Of a stretch of DNA of 64,000 nucleotides, positions 21,062-28,445 are shown in pieces. The stretch's first letter is position 1, and every line of letters starts with the position of its first letter. The notes under the pieces are model-generated. The model did not search any database. It was given only the letters and a program-made list of their open reading frames with translations, and was not told the origin of the DNA. Source of the DNA: an uncultured Verrucomicrobiota bacterium. Lineage in GTDB: Bacteria; Verrucomicrobiota; Verrucomicrobiia; Chthoniobacterales; JACTMZ01. Location: positions 51,210 through 115,209 of the forward strand of contig CAJBKE010000033.1 in NCBI GenBank assembly GCA_903953565.1, given 5' to 3'. The translations under genes and the position numbers were made by a program.

Positions 21062-22336
21062 TCAAAGCAACGCCCGCAGCAAACCCGCCCCCGCCGCCAT
21101 GCCCACCACAGCGGGAATAGACCAACCGCGTCCGACCAAGAGCCACAGGCTCACGCCCGCGATGACCGCGTGGAGCACCGCCGGTTGATCGGACGCGAAA
21201 ACTCCCGCGGCAAACCATGCGGTGAGGTTGGCGATCACGCCGATGACCGCGGCCGTTACCGTATCGAGGACCATGCGGGCGCGCGCACTCTGCGCCAAAC
21301 GCTCGATGAAGGGCGCGCCGGCCAGAATGAAGAGGAAACTCGGGACGAAAGTCACCCATGACGTGATCAACGCTCCCAGCGTGCCCATGGCCCATGGCGG
21401 CAGGGGCGACGCGTTGTTCCATCCGGCGAGGAATCCGGCGAAGGCCAGCACTTTGACCAAGGGCCCCGGCAGGGTTTCGGCCAAGGCCAGGCCGTCTTTC
21501 ATGGCACCTGCGGAAAGCCAACCCGCTTCGTTCACCGCATGATCGGCGACGTAGGGCAGCACGGCATAAGCACCGCCGAAGGTCACCACCGCGACTTTGC
21601 TGAAGAAAAATCCGAGGGAAGCAAGCAAGCTGTCCCAGCCGAAGATCAGCACGGCCAGCACAACCGGAGTCCACCAAGCAAGAGGCCCGAGAGCGATGAC
21701 GCGCCACGGGATGGCGGCAGTGGTCGCGGGCGGCAACTCTCCCCCGCTCGCGGGTGATGTCAGGTGTTTGACGGCGCCGAGTCCGAGGCCGGCGAGCACG
21801 ATCCACGGAAACGGCACTTGAAAGAAAAACACCGCGACGAATGCGGCCATCGCGACCAACCATGCACGGGTGTCCGGCAAGTGATGGCGCGCCATCCGCA
21901 CCAGCGCGACGATGATGATGGCGAGCACGGCCGGACGCACCGTGCCGAAGAGCGTCTGCACCCAAGCGAGCTGTCCGTAAACCGCATACAGTGCCGCCGC
22001 GATCGAAACGAGCAGCACGGCCGGCAAGACGAAGAGCACACCGGCCGCGATGGCGCCACGCAATCCGTGCAATTTCCATCCCGAATAGATGACCAATTGA
22101 TGCGCCTCGGGTCCGGGCAGGAGCATGCTGAAATTCAGGCCCGCGGAGAACTCGTGCGGGGTGAGCCAGCGGCGTCGTTCGACCAGTTCCTCGCGCAGGA
22201 TGGCGATCTGCCCCGCTGGCCCGCCGAAACTGATCCATCCCAACCGCGCAAAGAAACGGCGGGCGGCTGCCCAGTCAGCCGAGGCTTTTTCTTGGCAATT
22301 CTCCTGCATCTTTTTATCGTCCTCGGACGAATCCAA
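21062..22336 (-). CDS. chrA: Chromate transporter
   Basis: 424 aa. FFARLGWISFGGPAGQIAILREELVERRRWL plus a duplicated CHR domain (second FGGAYAVLPYV). The start may be the internal ATG at 22309. Confidence 0.85.
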   Translation of the reverse strand: MDSSEDDKKMQENCQEKASADWAAARRFFARLGWISFGGPAGQIAILREELVERRRWLTPHEFSAGLNFSMLLPGPEAHQLVIYSGWKLHGLRGAIAAGVLFVLPAVLLVSIAAALYAVYGQLAWVQTLFGTVRPAVLAIIIVALVRMARHHLPDTRAWLVAMAAFVAVFFFQVPFPWIVLAGLGLGAVKHLTSPASGGELPPATTAAIPWRVIALGPLAWWTPVVLAVLIFGWDSLLASLGFFFSKVAVVTFGGAYAVLPYVADHAVNEAGWLSAGAMKDGLALAETLPGPLVKVLAFAGFLAGWNNASPLPPWAMGTLGALITSWVTFVPSFLFILAGAPFIERLAQSARARMVLDTVTAAVIGVIANLTAWFAAGVFASDQPAVLHAVIAGVSLWLLVGRGWSIPAVVGMAAGAGLLRALL

Positions 22337-22343
22337 TCACGAT

Positions 22344-22577
22344 ATGGCTGAACTCGAAAACAAATACCCTGAAAACATTACCGGTAAGTTTTACGTCGAT
22401 GATCAGTGCATCGACTGTGACCTGTGCCGCGAGACGGCCCCGGACAATTTTACCCGCAGCGACGACGGAGGGTATTCCTACGTTTACAAGCAACCCTCCA
22501 CGCCCGGAGAGGAAGCCAAGTGCATCGAGGCGATGGAAGGCTGCCCCGTCGAGGCAATCGGCGACAACGGGTCGTAG
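22344..22577 (+). CDS. Small ferredoxin
   Basis: 77 aa from ATG 22344 (MAELENKYP...). CIDCDLCRETAP ... CPVEAI cysteine pattern. Confidence 0.8.
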   Translation: MAELENKYPENITGKFYVDDQCIDCDLCRETAPDNFTRSDDGGYSYVYKQPSTPGEEAKCIEAMEGCPVEAIGDNGS

Positions 22578-22640
22578 TTCTCCTTTGGTTGGCGGGTTTC
22601 TCCGGCTCCCTCAACTCTCAACCTTCGACCCTCAACTGAG

Positions 22641-22994
22641 ATGAGCCACTGGGCCGACACCGTCATGGCCGAGTGGCGGCGCTACCGCGAGCCCCGTGAT
22701 CCCACGGCGCGCACCACCGGGTTCAGCGATGCATTACGCGGATTGCTGCCCAAGCTTGGTCTGAGTTCCGCCATGGACGAACAGGCCGTGCGCCGCGCTT
22801 GGGGCGGACTGGTCGGACCTTTCATCGCATCGCAATCCGAACCCGATCGCATCCGCGGCGGTATGCTTTATGTGCGAGTGCACCAATCCAGCGTGCGCTT
22901 CGAACTCGAGCGCGTGTGGAAAGCGGAGATCGAGTCGAAACTCGCCGCCGAATTCGGGGCGGACAAAATCCGTTCCGTGAAGTTTTTCAGCTGA
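22641..22994 (+). CDS. DUF721 (DciA-like) domain protein
   Basis: 117 aa. W..LVGPFIASQSEP..IRGGMLYVRVHQSSVRFELE fits the DUF721 pattern. Confidence 0.65.
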   Translation: MSHWADTVMAEWRRYREPRDPTARTTGFSDALRGLLPKLGLSSAMDEQAVRRAWGGLVGPFIASQSEPDRIRGGMLYVRVHQSSVRFELERVWKAEIESKLAAEFGADKIRSVKFFS

Positions 22995-22996
22995 CC

Positions 22997-23983
22997 ATGT
23001 TGCGCAATCTTCTGCTCGATTGGTCGGGGACGCTCGTCGACGACATGCCGCCGGTCATCGGCGCAACCAACTTCGTGCTGGAGAAATACGGACGTCCGCC
23101 GTTGACCCGCGAGGAATTCCGGCGGCAATTCCGACTGCCTTTCACCGAATTCTACGAGGAGTATCTTCCCGACGTTCCCTTGCCGGAATTGGATGCCGCC
23201 TTTCATGGGCATTTTGTGCAGATCCAGGATGACGTCACGCCGCTGCCCGGGCTCTACGAGTTCCTCGATTTCTGCCGCGAGAGCGGACGGCGCCTGTTTT
23301 TGCTCAGTTCGATGAAGCGCGAGCACTTCGAGGTGCAATCGGAGAAGCTCGGTCTCGCCCATTACTTCGAGCATCCTTACGTCGGCGTTTTGGACAAACG
23401 CGCCAAGATTGGCGACATCCTCGAGACTCACGGACTGGCGCGTGGCGAGACGGCGTTTGTCGGCGACATGATCCACGATGTGGAAACGGCGCGCCATGGC
23501 GGAGTCATGAGCATTGCCGTGCTCACCGGCTATGACTCGATCGAAAAGCTCACTCCTTCGCGTCCCGATGTGGTCGTCACCTCGCTCGACGCCTTGCGCC
23601 GCCTGCTGCAGGATCCGCGAGACGGATTGCGGGCGGCGGGTGACTGCATCCGGGTCAACGGGCTGGAGGTTCCGGTTCGGATCGGCGTCGGAGACGAGGA
23701 GCGCGCGCAGGCGCAGAAGCTCGTCTTGGATGTCCTGCTCGAGACGGACTTTCGCGGGGTGGGTGACGACATCGCCGGCACGACCGACTATGCCGCGGTC
23801 GCGCAATGGCTCATCGCGGAATGCAGCCGGCGCGAGGTGCGCTTGCTCGAGACATTGTCGGGGGACCTGGCCGATGGATTGCTCGAGGAATTCCCGCGGG
23901 TCAAAGCCGTCACTCTCGAGATCCGCAAATTCATCCTGCCGGAGACCGAAAGCGTCTCGGTTCGCGTGCGGCGCAGTCGGTAG
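22997..23983 (+). CDS. Fusion protein: HAD-superfamily phosphatase (PGP-like) + dihydroneopterin aldolase domain
   Basis: ATG 22997. HAD motif I LLDWSGTLVDD, motif III/IV region FVGDMIHDVETA. The C-terminal ~115 aa (IRVNGLEVPVRIGVGDEERAQAQKLVLDVLL...TDYAAV...LLETLSGDLA) is FolB-like. Confidence 0.8.
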   Translation: MLRNLLLDWSGTLVDDMPPVIGATNFVLEKYGRPPLTREEFRRQFRLPFTEFYEEYLPDVPLPELDAAFHGHFVQIQDDVTPLPGLYEFLDFCRESGRRLFLLSSMKREHFEVQSEKLGLAHYFEHPYVGVLDKRAKIGDILETHGLARGETAFVGDMIHDVETARHGGVMSIAVLTGYDSIEKLTPSRPDVVVTSLDALRRLLQDPRDGLRAAGDCIRVNGLEVPVRIGVGDEERAQAQKLVLDVLLETDFRGVGDDIAGTTDYAAVAQWLIAECSRREVRLLETLSGDLADGLLEEFPRVKAVTLEIRKFILPETESVSVRVRRSR

Positions 23984-24052
23984 GGCGGGGCCTCCGGACC
24001 CGCCGCCCTGGTAAAAAGATGTTCCCGGCGGGTCCGGATGCCCCGCCCTACC
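23979..24052. repeat. Inverted pair of GC-rich repeat arms (long hairpin)
   Basis: GGTAGGGCGGGGCCTCCGGACCCGCCG (23979-24005) and CGGCGGGTCCGGATGCCCCGCCCTACC (24026-24052), 20-nt spacer. The left arm contains the stop codon of the HAD-FolB gene. Confidence 0.85.
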
Positions 24053-24089
24053 TTGTGGGCTGGCGTTCCGGCAGGTATGGTCGCTCTCC

Positions 24090-25142
24090 ATGCGCATCTT
24101 GGTCAGCGGCATTTGCGGGTTTGTCGGATCCGAGCTGGCTCTCGGACTGCGCCGCGCGGGGCATGAAGTGTGCGGGTTCGACAACTTCAGCCGGCCGGGC
24201 AGCCAACTCAATCAATCGCGCATCGAGGAGGCGGGCATCGAATTCTGGCGCGGTGATGTGCGTGAGGAGAGAGATCTCGAACCGGCGCGCGGTATTGATT
24301 GGGTGATCGATGCGGCGGCCAATCCCAGCGTGCTTGCGGGGGTTGATGGCAAAACGTCGAGCAAGGAACTGCTCGAACACAATTTGTGGGGCACAGTCAA
24401 CCTGCTCGAACTCTGCAAACGCGAGAACGCCGGTCTCATTCTTCTCAGCACGAGCCGGGTCTATTCGATCGGCGCACTCTGCGCCTTGCCCGTGGCGGAG
24501 GAGAATGGCGCGTTTGTCCTGCGCGAAACATCGGCGACGGCCGGTCCGCACGGCGTGACCGAGGAATTTTCCACCGCGGCTCCCATATCGCTCTACGGAG
24601 TGAGCAAATTGGCCAGCGAACAGATCGCGCTCGAATACGGCGCGGCTTTCGGTTTCCCGGTGTGGGTCGATCGTTGCGGGGTGATGGCCGGCGCGGGTCA
24701 GTTCGGGAAACCGGATCAGGGCATCTTCAGCTATTGGATCCATAGCTGGGCGCGGCGCGCTCCGCTCAAATACATCGGCTTCGGCGGCACCGGACACCAA
24801 GTGCGTGATTGCCTGCATCCGGAAGATTTGCTCGCGCTCCTCTTGCAGCAAATGGCCGCGGGTGATCGTCAAGCCAGCCGCATCGTCAACGTGGGTGGCG
24901 GCGCATCTTCCGCCATGTCCTTGCGTCAGCTCTCTGATTGGTGTGCGCGGGAATTCGGTCCGCATGATATCGCGGTCGATCTTTCCCCGCGCCCCTTCGA
25001 TTTGCCGTGGGTCGTGCTCGATGCATCGCGAGCGGAACAGGAATGGCAATGGAAACCGCGCAGGACGGTGGATGATATCTGCCGCGAGATTGCGCAGCAT
25101 GCGCGCGAACATCCCGAATGGTTGGAGGTCTCGCGCGGTTGA
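24090..25142 (+). CDS. NAD-dependent sugar epimerase/dehydratase (SDR, CDP-paratose-2-epimerase-like)
   Basis: 350 aa. MRILVSGICGFVGSELA Rossmann motif. The YGVSK motif matches the catalytic YxxxK. Confidence 0.85.
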   Translation: MRILVSGICGFVGSELALGLRRAGHEVCGFDNFSRPGSQLNQSRIEEAGIEFWRGDVREERDLEPARGIDWVIDAAANPSVLAGVDGKTSSKELLEHNLWGTVNLLELCKRENAGLILLSTSRVYSIGALCALPVAEENGAFVLRETSATAGPHGVTEEFSTAAPISLYGVSKLASEQIALEYGAAFGFPVWVDRCGVMAGAGQFGKPDQGIFSYWIHSWARRAPLKYIGFGGTGHQVRDCLHPEDLLALLLQQMAAGDRQASRIVNVGGGASSAMSLRQLSDWCAREFGPHDIAVDLSPRPFDLPWVVLDASRAEQEWQWKPRRTVDDICREIAQHAREHPEWLEVSRG

Positions 25143-25810
25143 ATACGACGGTCCGTTTCGGCGACTCGGAGGAAGAAGTCTGTTTTTTGCGGTTGGCGAA
25201 GTTGGAGGAGGCGGCGTCCTTCGAAGGGCTGCTCCATGCCACGGAGCGGGAACAGGCGGCGGCGGTGCCGAACCCATTGCAGCGCTCGCGTTTTGTCGTC
25301 TCCCGCGGACTGCGCCGCACCATGTTGTCCGCTTGCACTGGAGTTTCTGCCGACTCGTTGGTCTTCGCCCATGACGGGGAGGGGAAGCCGCGGGTGCCGG
25401 GGTTGACTGGATGGGATTTCAATCTTTCGCATGCCGGCGACTACGTCGCGGTGGTGGTGGGATGCGGCAGTGTGGGCGTCGATATCGAGAAGTATCGGGA
25501 GGTGCGGGACATGGAATCCATTGTGGGCCGCTACTTTCACCCTGAGGAACGAGACGCATGGCATGCTCTGCCGCTGGCCCGGCGACCGGCGGCATTTTTT
25601 TTGTTATGGTCGGCTCGCGAGGCGGCGATGAAATGTGCCGGACTGGGATTGGCCAAGGGGCTCTCCGTGACGCGGGTGGATCCCGGTATCTTGGAGCAGG
25701 GGACCGGGACCGCTTGGGTGGGGGATAGGCTTTTGCAGTTGAGATCTCTGCCGGCGCCCGAAGGGTATGAGCTTGTCATTTGCCGTCAGGAACACCCCGC
25801 ACTGATATGA
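25118..25810 (+). CDS. Sfp-type 4'-phosphopantetheinyl transferase
   Basis: FNLSHAGDYVAVVV..VGVDIE and FFLLWSAREAAMKC motifs. The exact start is uncertain and overlaps the epimerase 3' end. Confidence 0.8.
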   Translation: MVGGLARLNTTVRFGDSEEEVCFLRLAKLEEAASFEGLLHATEREQAAAVPNPLQRSRFVVSRGLRRTMLSACTGVSADSLVFAHDGEGKPRVPGLTGWDFNLSHAGDYVAVVVGCGSVGVDIEKYREVRDMESIVGRYFHPEERDAWHALPLARRPAAFFLLWSAREAAMKCAGLGLAKGLSVTRVDPGILEQGTGTAWVGDRLLQLRSLPAPEGYELVICRQEHPALI

Positions 25811-25974
25811 GAAAATTAGATCATATCATGTTCGTTTCCTGTTGAACTCGCCGGACCTTGTGCTTTCTTGAAGGAGTGTCAGCGGTCCTTGTGGCCGCTG
25901 CCGCGAAGCTCCCGATACTCCCCTCCACGGTAAAGCCCTGCGCGCTTTGACCAAGTGCGGCAGCGTTCCGCGAT

Positions 25975-26499
25975 ATGGCGGTAAAAGAAAAATACTATCT
26001 CGGCGCCCCGCCGGTGCCGGAGCCCGAGCTGGACGAGTTCCAACGCGAGTGCGTGGAGATTTTCCAACGTGCGGCGGCTGCGTTTTCTTTGGCGCCGTCG
26101 GTCGGTCAAATTTACGGCCTGCTCTTTGCCAACGAGGAGCCGCTCAGCATGGACCAAATCATGGCCCGTCTCGGCACCAGCCGCGGCGGCACGCACCAGA
26201 GTTTGCGTTGGTTGCGTCAGATTGGGGCGGTCGAACGTCATGTCATGCCCGGCCAGCGCAAAGAATTTTTCGCCGCCGTCCTCAACCTCCGCAAACTCGC
26301 CGGCGCCTTCGTCGCCGCCCGCATCAACCCGCATATCGAGAGCGGACACGAACACCTCGAACGCCTGCGCGCCAGCCTGCCATCCGGCAACGACGACAAA
26401 GCGCAATTCCAGCACCAACGCTACGACCAAATGGAACGTTGGCACCGCTTCCTCGGTGACCTGCTCCCCTTCATCCAGACCCTGGCCGGGAAATTCTGA
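25975..26499 (+). CDS. GbsR/MarR-family winged-helix transcriptional regulator
   Basis: 174 aa. SVGQIYGLLFANEEPLSMDQIMARLGTSRGGTHQSLRWLRQIGAVE is the typical wHTH of the GbsR/MarR subgroup. Confidence 0.7.
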   Translation: MAVKEKYYLGAPPVPEPELDEFQRECVEIFQRAAAAFSLAPSVGQIYGLLFANEEPLSMDQIMARLGTSRGGTHQSLRWLRQIGAVERHVMPGQRKEFFAAVLNLRKLAGAFVAARINPHIESGHEHLERLRASLPSGNDDKAQFQHQRYDQMERWHRFLGDLLPFIQTLAGKF

Positions 26500-26812
26500 T
26501 CCCCGATCAGACTAGATTATTTAGCCACAACCGAACGAACGTGAGATGGCCTGAGGTGTAGCTGAAGGCAAATAGACGCGGATAAAAGGCAGGATAAGTC
26601 CGACCGGCTGCGCCGCTCGGACTAAAGAAGGCGCTCTTGCTGGGTGACCCCAGCACTCGCAAGTTATCCGCCAAGCAGGTCAATCAACATGTTTGGCACA
26701 GTTGAGATACGAGTTGCCGCGCGTGTGCGCGCGGCAACTAATCCTCGTCGTTCATCTTCTGTTATCCGTGGCTAAACCCCCTCCGGGCTCTTAGCTCCCC
26801 GCTCCAAGCTCC
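26500..26812 (+). promoter_or_regulatory. Candidate structured leader / ncRNA upstream of the exosortase genes
   Basis: 313 nt without a credible ORF and with lower GC. Nested complementary segments: 26521-28/26768-75, 26578-85/26664-71, hairpins 26597-26623 and 26638-26655, and a perfect 11-bp hairpin at 26713-26738. Confidence 0.35.
26548..26572. repeat. Left arm of inverted repeat flanking the exosortase pair
   Basis: GGCCTGAGGTGTAGCTGAAGGCAAA. The reverse complement of 30127-30152 shares CCTGAGG and AGCTGAAGGCAAA, separated by a 3-nt indel. Confidence 0.6.
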
Positions 26813-28375
26813 ATGCTCCTGCGCCTCCACCCTCTCTGGCTTCTCGCCGCGGGTTACTGGCTCTGGATGATCTGGGCCTGTGCGGGAGAATGGACCAACT
26901 CGGAGGACTACAACTACGGATGGTTTGTTCCGCCGCTCGCGCTCTATTTTTTGTGGAAACGTCTCGAAGGCGCGCCGCGCGCGGATTCTTTGCCGCCCGG
27001 CGCGGGCGCGGGGCGCGTGTTGGCTTGGGCGGTCATTGTTCTTTCCCTGCTCGTCATCCTGCCGCTGGAAATTGTCCGCCAGACTCCCATCCATTGGCGT
27101 CCGAACCTCTGGGCGGTCGGTTTCCTTGCCGTGGCCAACACGCTGGCTGTTGCCTGGCTCACCGGTGGCCGTGCGCGGTTCAAGATTTTCCTCATCCCCG
27201 CCCTCTTCATGCTCGTCGGGGTTCCCTGGCCGACCTTTCTCGAGAGCGCGGTGGCCTATCCGCTCATGCCCGTCGTCACACGCTGGGCGGTTGGGTTGCT
27301 CCATTTCCTCGGTTATCCGGCCACTGCGGCGGGCACGACGATCACGTTGCCGAACTGCACCGTCGGGGTGGAAGAAGCCTGCAGCGGATTGCGCTCGTTG
27401 CAAACCGCACTGATGGTCGGCGTCGCGGCGGGCGAACTCACCCGGCTCGGCGCGTGGGGGCGCGTGGCGCTTCTTGCCGTGGCTTTCGTCATGGCCGTGG
27501 TCGGCAATCAGGTCCGCGTCCTCATGCTGGCCTTGGCCGGCATCAGCGGAGGCAATCAGGCCGTGGAGAATCTCCACGACACCGCAGGCTATGTGGTCTT
27601 GGCCATCCTGCTCGGCGGCGTCGGTCTGGCCGCGACCCTCGGCAAGCGTATGCAAACAGTCGTCAATCATGCGGCCCCGCTTCCGACCTCTTCGCCAGTT
27701 ACTCCTCCCGCAGTATCCGCTCGTTCCCCGTCGCGTGCCATGGGGTGGGCCGTGCTGCTTTGCGGCGCCCTTGCGCTGCTCGGGGCCAATGGTTGGTATT
27801 GGTGGCGCGCCTCGCTCGCTGCGCCGCCGTCGCCGCCGCTTCTCGCCCCGGTCGGTGACGCCGGGTTTGTCATAGACAAAAACGTCCCACCCGCCATTCT
27901 GGGCGTCCTCCAGCCCGACCAATACACTTATATTCGCGAGGCGATGGACGGCACGCCCACGCGGGCCATCGGTTACCACTTCTATTGGAAACCCCGCCGC
28001 GGCAACGCCAACCAGCTTTACCACCGTCCGGACCGCTGCATGCCCGGTGCCGGTTGGCGGATCGACGGCGAGATTACCCGCGAGACGTTCCGCCTCGGGG
28101 GGCGCGAAGTGACCTTCAATGTTTTTCCCTTCCGCGGTCCAGGTGGTCCGGCCCTCATGCTCTGGGGTTCGTATTTGAACGGCGAACCGGTCGAGATCGC
28201 CTTCACCAGCGATGTCTACGTCAACACCTCCAATCTCGCGCAATTCATCCGCACCGGCACACGCGACTACAGTTACGAGGTGGCCGCTTGCGTCATGCCG
28301 TATCCCGAAGGCGTGCGCCCCGGTCTCGCCGAGATCGAGGCCTACGCCAACCGTGTCTTCACCGCGGTGCCTTGA
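26813..28375 (+). CDS. Exosortase fused to an EpsI-family domain (copy 1)
   Basis: 520 aa. N-terminal GEWTNSEDYNYGWFVP. Catalytic-region motifs EEACSGLRSLQ (Cys), GNQVRV (Arg), LHDTAGYV (His). C-terminal ~190 aa are EpsI-like (YHRPDRCMPGAGW). Confidence 0.9.
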   Translation: MLLRLHPLWLLAAGYWLWMIWACAGEWTNSEDYNYGWFVPPLALYFLWKRLEGAPRADSLPPGAGAGRVLAWAVIVLSLLVILPLEIVRQTPIHWRPNLWAVGFLAVANTLAVAWLTGGRARFKIFLIPALFMLVGVPWPTFLESAVAYPLMPVVTRWAVGLLHFLGYPATAAGTTITLPNCTVGVEEACSGLRSLQTALMVGVAAGELTRLGAWGRVALLAVAFVMAVVGNQVRVLMLALAGISGGNQAVENLHDTAGYVVLAILLGGVGLAATLGKRMQTVVNHAAPLPTSSPVTPPAVSARSPSRAMGWAVLLCGALALLGANGWYWWRASLAAPPSPPLLAPVGDAGFVIDKNVPPAILGVLQPDQYTYIREAMDGTPTRAIGYHFYWKPRRGNANQLYHRPDRCMPGAGWRIDGEITRETFRLGGREVTFNVFPFRGPGGPALMLWGSYLNGEPVEIAFTSDVYVNTSNLAQFIRTGTRDYSYEVAACVMPYPEGVRPGLAEIEAYANRVFTAVP

Positions 28376-28445
28376 AAAAGTCGGCCCGGAAAACAAAAGT
28401 AGAACTTATACTTTGCCGAACCTCTAAACATCTCTCTGTTAACTC

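Noticed and set aside
22125-22343. Upstream extensions of the ferredoxin ORF (22125) and of the HAD-FolB ORF (22799-22996)
   Set aside because: The extensions overlap chrA (antisense) and the DUF721 gene respectively. The conserved domains begin at the internal ATGs 22344 and 22997.
26590-26625. AGGATAAGTCCGACC resembling the RNase P RNA P4 motif (GAGGAAAGUCCGGGC)
   Set aside because: The match is only partial. There is no complementary P4 3' strand (ACAGAACCCGGCUUA-like) and no other conserved RNase P regions nearby. The region is also too short.
26762-28396. 544-aa minus-strand ORF over exosortase 1. Similar long antisense ORFs lie at 12884-14236, 17710-18624, 18655-19932, 20979-22238, 22868-24211, 24048-25277 and 30244-31551.
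   Set aside because: All lie opposite genes with strong family motifs. Their Arg/Gly/Pro/Ala-rich translations show no domain signatures. They are GC-driven open frames.
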